From Candidatus Omnitrophota bacterium (GTDB lineage: Bacteria; Omnitrophota; Gorgyraeia; Zapsychrales; Fredricksoniimonadaceae): a DNA stretch of 64,000 nucleotides. The notes below the pieces were generated by a model. That model did no database searches, had not been told where the DNA came from, and saw only the letters and a list, made by a program, of their open reading frames with translations. A program made the position numbers and the translations under genes. Positions 18,395-26,784 of this stretch are shown in pieces. The stretch's first letter is position 1. Each line of letters opens with the position of its first letter. The stretch lies in contig JAGWOI010000008.1 of the NCBI GenBank assembly GCA_028870995.1, positions 3,468-67,467 of the forward strand, written 5' to 3'.

Positions 18395-20018
18395 AGCTCT
18401 TCAAGCCCCGTGCCGGCCCCAAGACCTTTTTTTATTGTTCTTGTGGTCAGTGCTGGTGCTTTGGTGGCCGTCATACCTGCACCAGGAACTGAACCTGTTT
18501 GAATGGGGGCTTTACCTGCCCGGCATTGACGCCGTATCCCATGGACTGGTGCCTTACAGGGATTTCTTTCATTTGCGAGGCCCCTTCGAGTTGTACGCGC
18601 CCGCACTGTTCATGAAAATATTCGGTTTCAGGGCCGATGTCCTGGCCGCCTATTTTTATCTGGGCACGGTCCTGACCATCCTGGTATCCATTTTAATCGC
18701 TTATGAACTGATTCCCTCCCGGGCTTTACTGTATTCTTTCGTCTTCATTCTGATCACCCGGACCTTTCCGCGTTCAGTTTTTACTTTCTGGGGAGGGTTG
18801 CGTTATGTATGGGGATTGTTGGCGGTATGGTGCCTGGTGCGCTTCCTTAAAACTAAACGTCCCGGTTGGCTTATGGCAACAGGGTTTTTGGCCGCGATCG
18901 GCGGGGGCACGAGCATTGAGATCGGGGTCATCAGTGTGTTGGCTTTTATAGCGGTCATGGTTTTTGTCCGTGAATACCGGCGGTGGGCCTGGGCATTTTT
19001 GTCCGGGTTCCTGGTAGTCTGTATACCTTATAGCCTGTACCTATTAAGCCAAAATGCCTTTATACCCTATGTCCAGGCTCAGTGGGTGGTGGTGACCCAC
19101 ATGCAAAAAACTTTTTATCAATTAGGGCCGGTACCGGATACCGTGCCCAGATTCCTGCATGCCATGATTTTCCCCTTGGATAAGAATTTTTATAAGGTGA
19201 CGCCTATTTACTGTTATATATTCTTTTTCCCGTTTTATTTTCAGCGCCTGTTTCATAAAAGAGCCGCGCCTCTGGACCATGCGGCCTTGGCGGTCGCGGT
19301 ATATGGGCTGGGCATTTTTTTGACGGGATTCCGTCTGGTGGGGGGGCCTGTTTATGAAATGTCTTTGCAGCCTGAGAAAATAGTTTTGTTTTACTTGTGG
19401 GTGCAAGCTGTCGGCTGGATACGGCAAAAGTATCCTGGATTCAAATGGACCGGGGCCGCGCTGACAGCGGTGGTTGTATTGTCATCCTGCATCTATACCA
19501 TCGGCCGCTTTAAAACGAGATTTTATAAACCTTCCTGGGTCTGTCAATTGATCCAAGATAAGAATAAGGGAAAACAGGAATTGGTCAACGGCCAGCCGGC
19601 TGCGCCTATTGATTTGCCCCGCATCCGCCATATGACCGTGCCCGTATGGCAGGCCAAGGATTTAGAGGAGCTGAGCCGTTTCGTCAATGAACACGTGCCT
19701 GCGCATCAGGCCATATGGATGTATCCGGAGCTTGGCAGCTTGAATTTTATACTCATGAGACCCTGGGTGGGCCGTTTTCCCGTGGCTACGCTGTCCTGGA
19801 TGGATGACGCTTGGTTTGCCGAATATGAGAGCGTCCTCAAAAGTAATCCTCCTAAATTTGCCATTGTCAACAAGGTGATGGCGGACTGTTTTAATAAAGT
19901 CTATTTCTTAGTGCCGGCCAATCGCGTCAAACACGAGAGCATCATGCGATTCCTGAATAAGCACTACAGGATTGTTTATCAAACACCGAGCTATTTTGTA
20001 TACCGGTTTGCGGGTTAA
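18372..20018 (+). CDS. Large polytopic membrane protein; possible GT-C-type glycosyltransferase or polysaccharide polymerase
   Basis: It is 548 aa with at least 10 hydrophobic segments and an N-terminal loop 'YRDFFHLRGP'. No confident family assignment can be made from sequence alone. Confidence 0.4.
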   Translation: MFIERLSKALQAPCRPQDLFLLFLWSVLVLWWPSYLHQELNLFEWGLYLPGIDAVSHGLVPYRDFFHLRGPFELYAPALFMKIFGFRADVLAAYFYLGTVLTILVSILIAYELIPSRALLYSFVFILITRTFPRSVFTFWGGLRYVWGLLAVWCLVRFLKTKRPGWLMATGFLAAIGGGTSIEIGVISVLAFIAVMVFVREYRRWAWAFLSGFLVVCIPYSLYLLSQNAFIPYVQAQWVVVTHMQKTFYQLGPVPDTVPRFLHAMIFPLDKNFYKVTPIYCYIFFFPFYFQRLFHKRAAPLDHAALAVAVYGLGIFLTGFRLVGGPVYEMSLQPEKIVLFYLWVQAVGWIRQKYPGFKWTGAALTAVVVLSSCIYTIGRFKTRFYKPSWVCQLIQDKNKGKQELVNGQPAAPIDLPRIRHMTVPVWQAKDLEELSRFVNEHVPAHQAIWMYPELGSLNFILMRPWVGRFPVATLSWMDDAWFAEYESVLKSNPPKFAIVNKVMADCFNKVYFLVPANRVKHESIMRFLNKHYRIVYQTPSYFVYRFAG

Positions 20019-20022
20019 GAAC

Positions 20023-20862
20023 ATGAAGATCAGCGGTTTTACCATAGTCCGCAATGCGGTCAAATTCAATTATCCGGTTGTGGCTTCCATCCGTTCGATC
20101 CTGCCTATTTGTGACGAGTTTATCGTTAATGTGGGGGACAGCGAGGACGGCACCCTGGATTTGATCCGCTCGATCGGCAGCCCTAAGATCCGTATCATCC
20201 AAAACCGCTGGGACATGGGCCGCGGGTCCCAGGTGCTCTCCGAGCAGACCAACCTGGCGTTAAAAGAATGCCGGGGCGACTGGGCTTTTTATCTGCAAGG
20301 GGATGAGGTCATCCACGAGCAGGATTTAAACAAATTGAAGTTTTGGATGCGTTATTATTTGGACCGGCAGGAGGTGGATGCCCTGCGGTTCAAGTGGCTT
20401 CACTTTTACGGCTCTTTCTGGCGTTACCGTATCGACGCGGGCTGGTATCAAAAGCAGGAGAGGATCATCCGCAACAATGGACAGATCGAATCCTGCGGGG
20501 ACGCCTTCAGCTTCAGGCGTGTCGACGGCGGGAAATTAAGGGTGCGTCCGGTCTTCTGTTTTCTTTATCATTACGGCTGGGTCAATTCCAGCGAAGACAT
20601 GCGTCGGCGATGCGCCAACGCGGCTGAGATCGGTTTTATGGATAAGGACAAGAATAATTCTTTAGACGGTGGGTATGGCGACCTGGGGCGTTTTCCCTCG
20701 TATTTCGGCACGCACCCGTCCGTCATGCATGAGGCTGTGCAAGGGCATCGGCTGAGCCAGGAGGACTTTGGCCATATCCGCAGGGACTCTTGGTGGAATC
20801 CGTTTTTTTGGATGCGGCTGCGGCATAAAACCGGGCAGAGGGTCAAAGAGAAAATCGTTTAA
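20023..20862 (+). CDS. Hypothetical protein, possibly a GT-A-fold glycosyltransferase
   Basis: The N-terminus 'MKISGFTIVRNAVKFNYPVVASIRSILPICDEFIVNVGDSEDGT' resembles family-2-like GTs. The acidic motif is 'LQGDEV'. Confidence 0.4.
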   Translation: MKISGFTIVRNAVKFNYPVVASIRSILPICDEFIVNVGDSEDGTLDLIRSIGSPKIRIIQNRWDMGRGSQVLSEQTNLALKECRGDWAFYLQGDEVIHEQDLNKLKFWMRYYLDRQEVDALRFKWLHFYGSFWRYRIDAGWYQKQERIIRNNGQIESCGDAFSFRRVDGGKLRVRPVFCFLYHYGWVNSSEDMRRRCANAAEIGFMDKDKNNSLDGGYGDLGRFPSYFGTHPSVMHEAVQGHRLSQEDFGHIRRDSWWNPFFWMRLRHKTGQRVKEKIV

Positions 20863-20875
20863 GAACAGGTCGTAT

Positions 20876-22183
20876 ATGGATACCAATAAAGGTTTTGATT
20901 TCGGATGCGGCTGCGACAAGGTGGTGTTCTTTGCCTTTTGCGCCCTGATTTACTTTTTGCCCATTTCCATTGCCTTGACGGATACGTTTGCCGCACTGGC
21001 AGTGTTTTTCTATCTCCTGAAGAAAATCCACGGGCTTGTCCTTGCATGGCCAGCTCCGGGTAACAGGCTGTTTGATAAAATAAAATATACCGCCCGGGGT
21101 ATGGCCCCGGCACCCAGCATCCTGAAGCGCCCCATCGCCATCCTGGCGCTGGTGACCTTCCTGTCCGTCCTCCAAAGCCAGTTTTTAGGGGTAAGTTTTT
21201 ATGCATTTGGCGGGAAATTCTTAAAATATATATTCATCTATTTCAGTTTTGTCGAAACCTTCGTTACTCCCAAGCGGATGAAAGTTTTTGTGTGGGTTTT
21301 TTTGATTTCCGCGTTTCTTGTTTGCCTCAGCGGAGTGGCCCAGCATATCTACGGGGTGGACTTCTTGGCAGGGCGGCATTTGGCCCCGGACGGCAGGCTT
21401 TCGTCATCGTTTAAATTTCCCAACAGTTTGGGGATTTATCTGGTCGTGGTGCTGGCTGTTGTCGTTCAGCAGTTGTATGTCGAGAGTTTGAGAAAAAGGT
21501 TTTCGTGGACGCTGGGCGGATTGCTTATTTTATTGTTCCTCGCGATGTTCTGCATGACCTGGACCTTTTCCCGTGCGGCCTGGGGGGGATTTATGCTGTC
21601 CCTCTTCTTCCTGATGTTCACCGGCCGGGGCAAGATCCTTTATTTGGTTCTTCTATTGGGGCTTTTTCTGTCCTTCTCCCTGCCGCTTTTGGGCGAAATC
21701 CGGCATGTGGATTTGACGTCAAACAGTCTTCCCCATTTGGGCAATCCTTTTAATTCGATCGGGCATTTCGAAAGCATCGACCGCATCAATTTTTGGAAGA
21801 GCGCCATCTTTATCATCAAAAAATATCCGGCCCTGGGCAGCGGCTTAAATACCTATGCGCTGATGTTAAAGAAATTCTCCCTGCCTAACTGGTATGCCCA
21901 TAACGGCTACCTGCAGATCGGCGCTGAAACCGGACTCGTAGGACTGTCCTGCTTTTTATGGATGTTGTTCGTATTGTTCCGTCAGGGGATCAAGGGGATT
22001 GGCATCGGCATGGGCTCGTGGTCGAACATTCTGCTCCAGGCTGGCCTGGCTGGTTTATTGGGATTCTTAGGAGAGAGCTTTTTCGATAACTCCCTGGTCT
22101 CTGTCCAGTTGGCGGTTTTATTTTGGCTGATGACGGGTTTCACCGTGGCCGTCCTGAATTTAAACAATAAGAATGAAGGCTGA
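20876..22183 (+). CDS. O-antigen ligase/polymerase family (Wzy_C domain) membrane protein
   Basis: It has multiple TM helices. 'WTFSRAAWGG' and 'AHNGYLQIGAETGLVGL' are typical Wzy_C motifs. Confidence 0.7.
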   Translation: MDTNKGFDFGCGCDKVVFFAFCALIYFLPISIALTDTFAALAVFFYLLKKIHGLVLAWPAPGNRLFDKIKYTARGMAPAPSILKRPIAILALVTFLSVLQSQFLGVSFYAFGGKFLKYIFIYFSFVETFVTPKRMKVFVWVFLISAFLVCLSGVAQHIYGVDFLAGRHLAPDGRLSSSFKFPNSLGIYLVVVLAVVVQQLYVESLRKRFSWTLGGLLILLFLAMFCMTWTFSRAAWGGFMLSLFFLMFTGRGKILYLVLLLGLFLSFSLPLLGEIRHVDLTSNSLPHLGNPFNSIGHFESIDRINFWKSAIFIIKKYPALGSGLNTYALMLKKFSLPNWYAHNGYLQIGAETGLVGLSCFLWMLFVLFRQGIKGIGIGMGSWSNILLQAGLAGLLGFLGESFFDNSLVSVQLAVLFWLMTGFTVAVLNLNNKNEG

Positions 22184-23250
22184 TGGATTACCGCAAGATC
22201 CTTATCATCAATCCCTACGGCATCGGGGATGTTTTATTCACCACCCCCGTCATTAGAAATCTGCGTTTGGCGTTTCCCAAAGCTGCGATCGGTTACCTGG
22301 CCAATGCACGGACGGCCAGCTTCCTTAAAGCCGATGGCGATATAACCCGTGTTTTTGTTTATGAGCGCGACGAATTTGTCCAAGCCTATCGCCAGAATCC
22401 CTTAAAATTTGCGCGCAAGTGGTTTGAGCTTTTTCAAACCATTAAACAGGAGGCCTTCGACCTGGCCCTCGATTTTTCCATGAACAGCACCTTCGGATTT
22501 CTGACAGCAGCCTGCGGGATCAAGGAACGGGTTGGGTTCGATTATAAGAAACGCGGCCGGTTCCTGACTGACCGTCTTCCTTTTGAGGGTTACCAAGGGA
22601 AGCATGTCATCGAACACCAGTTGGATTTGCTGCGCTATTTGCAGATACCAGTGGCGACCAATCGCATGAGCCTCGCCATCCCTTACGGAGACATCCAATG
22701 GGCCCGCCAATGGGTCTTGCAGCAGGGTATCGACTCATCCAAACCTTTGATAGGGGTGGTACCGGGCGCCGGCGCCAGTTGGGGCAAAAACGCCGGGTTT
22801 AGGCGGTGGGCTGGGTCTAAATATGCAGAATTATTGGATAAAATTATTGAAAATTTCGACGCTGCCGTTATACTGATGGGAGATTCAACCGAACAAGAGT
22901 TGTGCAGGGACCTTGCCGTTCAAGTGCATTTTCCGCTTTATTCCGCCACAGGCCAAACCACTTTGACCCGTATGGCGGCGTTGATGGCGCGATGCCGCTT
23001 AGTCCTCGTCAATGACGGAGGGCCCTTGCATGTGGCGGTGGCCTCGGGCGTCAAGACTGTTTCCATTTTCGGCCCCCAAGACCACTTGATTTACGGCCCT
23101 TATCCTGCACAAGGCCATGTGGTGGTCAGGAAAGAGTTGCCGTGCCAGCCGTGTTACCGGCGGTTCCGCATGGCCCGCTGCGAACACATCAATTGTTTGA
23201 AAGAATTATCCGTCGAAGAAGTTTATAGAAAGGTTGCCGACATCCTATGA
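22183..23250 (+). CDS. Glycosyltransferase family 9 (ADP-heptose:LPS heptosyltransferase-like)
   Basis: The N-terminus is 'KILIINPYGIGDVLFTTPVIRNL'. The C-terminus 'VLVNDGGPLHVAVASGVKTVSIFGP' is typical of RfaF/RfaC. Confidence 0.8.
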   Translation: MDYRKILIINPYGIGDVLFTTPVIRNLRLAFPKAAIGYLANARTASFLKADGDITRVFVYERDEFVQAYRQNPLKFARKWFELFQTIKQEAFDLALDFSMNSTFGFLTAACGIKERVGFDYKKRGRFLTDRLPFEGYQGKHVIEHQLDLLRYLQIPVATNRMSLAIPYGDIQWARQWVLQQGIDSSKPLIGVVPGAGASWGKNAGFRRWAGSKYAELLDKIIENFDAAVILMGDSTEQELCRDLAVQVHFPLYSATGQTTLTRMAALMARCRLVLVNDGGPLHVAVASGVKTVSIFGPQDHLIYGPYPAQGHVVVRKELPCQPCYRRFRMARCEHINCLKELSVEEVYRKVADIL

Positions 23251-24347
23251 GTATTCCCTTCATTGATTTCAGAGAACAGAACCGCCTGATCGCCGCCGAG
23301 GTCGATACGGGCTTTAAGAAAGTATTTGAAAAAGGCGACTATATTCTGGGCGAACAGGCCCGTCTTTTTGAGGAGGCTTTCGCCCGTTACTGTGAAGCCA
23401 AACATGGCGTGGGCGTCAATTCGGGCACCGACGCGCTGCACCTGGCTTTGCTGGCGCTTGGCATCGACGAGAACGATGAAGTGATCCTGCCCACGCATAC
23501 CTTTATCGCCACGGCTTTGTGCGTCTCTTTCTGCCGGGCCAAGCCGGTCTTCGTGGATGTCGAACCGGACACTTATAACATCGATCCCGAAGCTTTCCGC
23601 AAGGCGATCACCAAGAAAACCAAGGCGGTTATCCCCGTACATATTTACGGCCAGCCGGCCAATATGGATGAGATCACCTCCATCGCCCGCGAGCACGGTA
23701 TCAAGGTCGTCGAGGACGCCGCTCAAGCGCACGGCTCCCGGTATAAGAACCGCAGGGTGGGATCATTGGGCGATGTGGCGTGCTTTTCTTTTTATCCCAC
23801 CAAGAGCCTTGGCGCTTGCGGGGATGCAGGCATGATCGTCACCAGCGATAAGGGGATTTATGAAAGGGCCCTGATGCTGCGCGATTATGGCCGCCAGGGC
23901 CGGTACGAGCATAAAATCAAGGGCACTAATTCCCGCCTGGATACGATCCAAGCGGTGATCCTTAACGCCAAGCTGAAACATTTGGACCAATGGAACCAGA
24001 TGCGCGCCAAGAATGCGGCTGCCTATGCGGAGCTTTTAAAGCCTTTGAAGGATGTGGTGGCGCCGGTGACCAAGCCGGACCGCACGCACGTCTTTCAGAC
24101 CTATGCCGTTCTTGTCCCTAACCGCGACAAGGTGATGGAGGCCATGAAGGCCCAAGGCATTGGCGTGCTGATCCATTATCCCATCGGTTTGCATTTGCAG
24201 GAGGCCTATGCGGAATTGGGTTATAAAAAAGGAGATTTCCCCGTGGCTGAGAAGGTGGCGGATCAGGTCATGAGCCTGCCCATGTTTCCCCATATGACCA
24301 GGGAACAGGTTGAGACGGTGGTGGCAGCTTTGAAAAAATCTTTATAA
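23247..24347 (+). CDS. DegT/DnrJ/EryC1/StrS-family sugar aminotransferase (canonical Lys)
   Basis: 'FSFYPTKSLGACGDAGMIVT' and 'VIPVHIYGQPANMDEI' are present. Confidence 0.85.
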   Translation: MSIPFIDFREQNRLIAAEVDTGFKKVFEKGDYILGEQARLFEEAFARYCEAKHGVGVNSGTDALHLALLALGIDENDEVILPTHTFIATALCVSFCRAKPVFVDVEPDTYNIDPEAFRKAITKKTKAVIPVHIYGQPANMDEITSIAREHGIKVVEDAAQAHGSRYKNRRVGSLGDVACFSFYPTKSLGACGDAGMIVTSDKGIYERALMLRDYGRQGRYEHKIKGTNSRLDTIQAVILNAKLKHLDQWNQMRAKNAAAYAELLKPLKDVVAPVTKPDRTHVFQTYAVLVPNRDKVMEAMKAQGIGVLIHYPIGLHLQEAYAELGYKKGDFPVAEKVADQVMSLPMFPHMTREQVETVVAALKKSL

Positions 24348-24348
24348 C

Positions 24349-25155
24349 ATGGCCCCTTTAAGTGTCGTCATCATCGCCAAGAATGAAGCCGGCCGCATCA
24401 AGGACTGCATCGAAAGTGTGCATGAATGGGCCGATGAGATCGTGGTGATCGACGATGAGAGCACCGACAACACCCGCGCCATTGCCTTGAAATACACTCC
24501 GGCCATTTACAGCCGCCGGATGGAGCTGGAGGGCAAGCAGCGTAATTTCGCCGCCTCACAGGCCAAGAACGACTGGATCATGCTCTTGGACTGCGATGAG
24601 CGCCCGACCCCGGAGCTTAAGGAAGAGATCGCGGCGGTGCTTAAAGAGCCGGATCCTAAGATCGCCGCCTATTGGGCGCCGCAGATCAATTATTTGGGCG
24701 ACATGCCGCTGCTGCACGGCGGATGGTCGAGCCCGCATATTCGTTTGTATAACAAGAATCGCATGTCATGGTCGGAAGCGGTTTATGATGTCATCCATCC
24801 GGGCATCAAGACCAAGGAAGGCTTCCGCGGAGGCCATTTGAAATCCGCCACCATCCATTATAGTTTCCGTAATGTCGAGGACCTGGTGGCCAAGATCAAC
24901 CGGTATTCGACCATGGAAGCCTTCAAGTGGTACATGGACAAACGGGATATGCCTTTGATCAAGGCTTTGTGGCGCGCCTGGGACCGTTTTTTCCGGAGAC
25001 TCGTTGCTAAAAAAGGTTACAAGGACGGTTATTTTGGTTTCGTGGCGGCGGTGGTCAGCAGTTTCAATGAGTTGGCGGTTTACAGCAAGTACAGGGAAAT
25101 GAAGGAAAAGGGACATTACCTGGACCGGTTTAAAGCCAAGGGCCTGATAGCATGA
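24349..25155 (+). CDS. Glycosyltransferase family 2 (WaaE/KdtX-like LPS core GT)
   Basis: 'LSVVIIAKNEAGRIKDCIESV...EIVVIDDESTDNT' and the DxD-like 'LDCDE' are present. Confidence 0.75.
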   Translation: MAPLSVVIIAKNEAGRIKDCIESVHEWADEIVVIDDESTDNTRAIALKYTPAIYSRRMELEGKQRNFAASQAKNDWIMLLDCDERPTPELKEEIAAVLKEPDPKIAAYWAPQINYLGDMPLLHGGWSSPHIRLYNKNRMSWSEAVYDVIHPGIKTKEGFRGGHLKSATIHYSFRNVEDLVAKINRYSTMEAFKWYMDKRDMPLIKALWRAWDRFFRRLVAKKGYKDGYFGFVAAVVSSFNELAVYSKYREMKEKGHYLDRFKAKGLIA

Positions 25156-25739
25156 AGGTCGTTTTTTTGGACAGAGACGGGGTCATCAACAAATTCCCGG
25201 GCAACGGCGCCTATGTGACCAAGGTCAAGGATTTTCATTTCATCCCCGGCTCCGTCGAAGCTATCCGGGATTTGACCCAAAGCGGGCATAAAATTTTTGT
25301 CATCTCCAACCAGGCCGGTGTGGGCAAGGGGGTTTACTCACGGCACAAACTCCAGCGCATCGACGCCAAAATGATCAAAGGTGTCGAAAAGGCCGGCGGC
25401 AGGATCCGCAAAAGCTTTTATTGCACCCATCGTTCCGACGCCGGCTGTGATTGCCGCAAGCCCGGCATAGGGATGCTTAAAAAAGCCTTGAAGTCCCTCA
25501 ACAAGACCATTGCCCACGCCCAGAAGGCCTTTTTCGTCGGCGACACCGAGGGAGACATCAAGACCGGGCATAATGCCGGTTGCAAGACCATTTTTGTGCT
25601 TTCAGGCCGGGAAAACCGCCGGTACATGCGCAAGTGGACCGTCAAACCCGATCATATCGTCAAGGATTTGAAGGCCGCCGCTTCGATCATTCAACATGCG
25701 AATTCTAATCATTCACGCAACAGCCGGCGCGGGGCATAA
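25152..25739 (+). CDS. gmhB: D-glycero-D-manno-heptose 1,7-bisphosphate phosphatase (HAD-IIIA)
   Basis: 'VVFLDRDGVIN' is HAD motif I. 'VISNQAGV' is present. The zinc-binding region is 'CTHRSDAGCDCRKP'. 'VGDTEGD' is present. Confidence 0.8.
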   Translation: MKVVFLDRDGVINKFPGNGAYVTKVKDFHFIPGSVEAIRDLTQSGHKIFVISNQAGVGKGVYSRHKLQRIDAKMIKGVEKAGGRIRKSFYCTHRSDAGCDCRKPGIGMLKKALKSLNKTIAHAQKAFFVGDTEGDIKTGHNAGCKTIFVLSGRENRRYMRKWTVKPDHIVKDLKAAASIIQHANSNHSRNSRRGA

Positions 25740-26784
25740 AAAAGCCGCCGAGGCGGTCTTCCGGGGGCTTGAGTCCCAAGGCGGACACCAGGTTATCTTT
25801 GCCGACGCGCTGGATTACACCAATCCTTTCTTCAAAAAGTCTTATCCGTGGGTGTATACCTTTATGGTCACACGCCTGCCCTGGGCATGGGGCTTTTTCT
25901 TCGGACTGCTCGACAGACCCTGGATGCAGCCGCTGCTTGCCCTGGCCCGCCGCCTGTACAATGGCTTTAATGCCGCCCCTTTACAGCAATGGCTCATCAA
26001 AGAACAATTTGACGTGATCATTGCCACGCATTTTTTGTCGGCGGAAGTGGGCGCCTATCTTAAAAGGGAAGGCAAGATCAAATCCAGGCTCATCTGTGTG
26101 GTGACGGACTTTGATGCCCATCGCATTTGGGTCAACAGGGGCACGGATATTTATACCGCGGCGTGTGAATACACAAAGAACAAGCTTGAGAGCCTCGGGG
26201 TTTCTCCCGATAAGATCTTCATCACCGGCATACCGACTGACCCCAAATTCAACCTGACGCAGGACAAGACCGCCTTAAAGAAGAAACTGGGGATCCAGGA
26301 GAATCTATTGACTATCTTGATCGCCACCGGCTCTTTCGGGATGGGGCCGATCGAACAATTGGCCGGACTGCTGAAAGACTATCAGCTGCTCATCGTTTGC
26401 GGGCATAACCGCAGCCTTTATGAACAATTAAAACCATTAATGCAAAAGGACGGACATGTGCTGGTCCTGGGCCTGGTCGATAACATGCATGAATTGATGT
26501 CGGTCGCTGATATGATGGTCACCAAGCCCGGCGGGCTCTCCATTGCGGAAGCCCTGGTCAAGAACCTGCCCATGATATTCTTCAGCGCCATTCCCGGCCA
26601 GGAGACCAACAATATCAAGGTCCTGGCCAGTTATCAGGCCGCCCAGGGACAGTGTTCCCTGGACCAGATTGTCAAGACCGTCCGGGAATGGCATTCCCAT
26701 CCACAACAATTAGCGGCGCTGCGCGGGCGGCTGGCGGCCCTGGCGCATCCCCGTGCCGTTGTCGATATAATCTCTCTGATATGA
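25696..26784 (+). CDS. MGDG-synthase/UgtP-like glycosyltransferase (GT28), diacylglycerol or lipid glycosyltransferase
   Basis: The N-terminus 'ILIIHATAGAGHKKAAEAV' is typical of the MGDG_synth domain. The C-terminal Glyco_tran_28_C-like region is 'VTKPGGLSIAEAL'. Confidence 0.75.
   Translation: MRILIIHATAGAGHKKAAEAVFRGLESQGGHQVIFADALDYTNPFFKKSYPWVYTFMVTRLPWAWGFFFGLLDRPWMQPLLALARRLYNGFNAAPLQQWLIKEQFDVIIATHFLSAEVGAYLKREGKIKSRLICVVTDFDAHRIWVNRGTDIYTAACEYTKNKLESLGVSPDKIFITGIPTDPKFNLTQDKTALKKKLGIQENLLTILIATGSFGMGPIEQLAGLLKDYQLLIVCGHNRSLYEQLKPLMQKDGHVLVLGLVDNMHELMSVADMMVTKPGGLSIAEALVKNLPMIFFSAIPGQETNNIKVLASYQAAQGQCSLDQIVKTVREWHSHPQQLAALRGRLAALAHPRAVVDIISLI

Noticed and set aside
26652-26780. N-terminal 43-residue extension of the PriA ORF ('MFPGPDCQDRPG...')
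   Set aside because: It is a Pro/Ala/Arg-rich, low-complexity read-through of the 3' end of the previous gene in another frame. The conserved PriA N-terminus begins at the ATG at 26781, which forms an ATGA overlap with the upstream stop.
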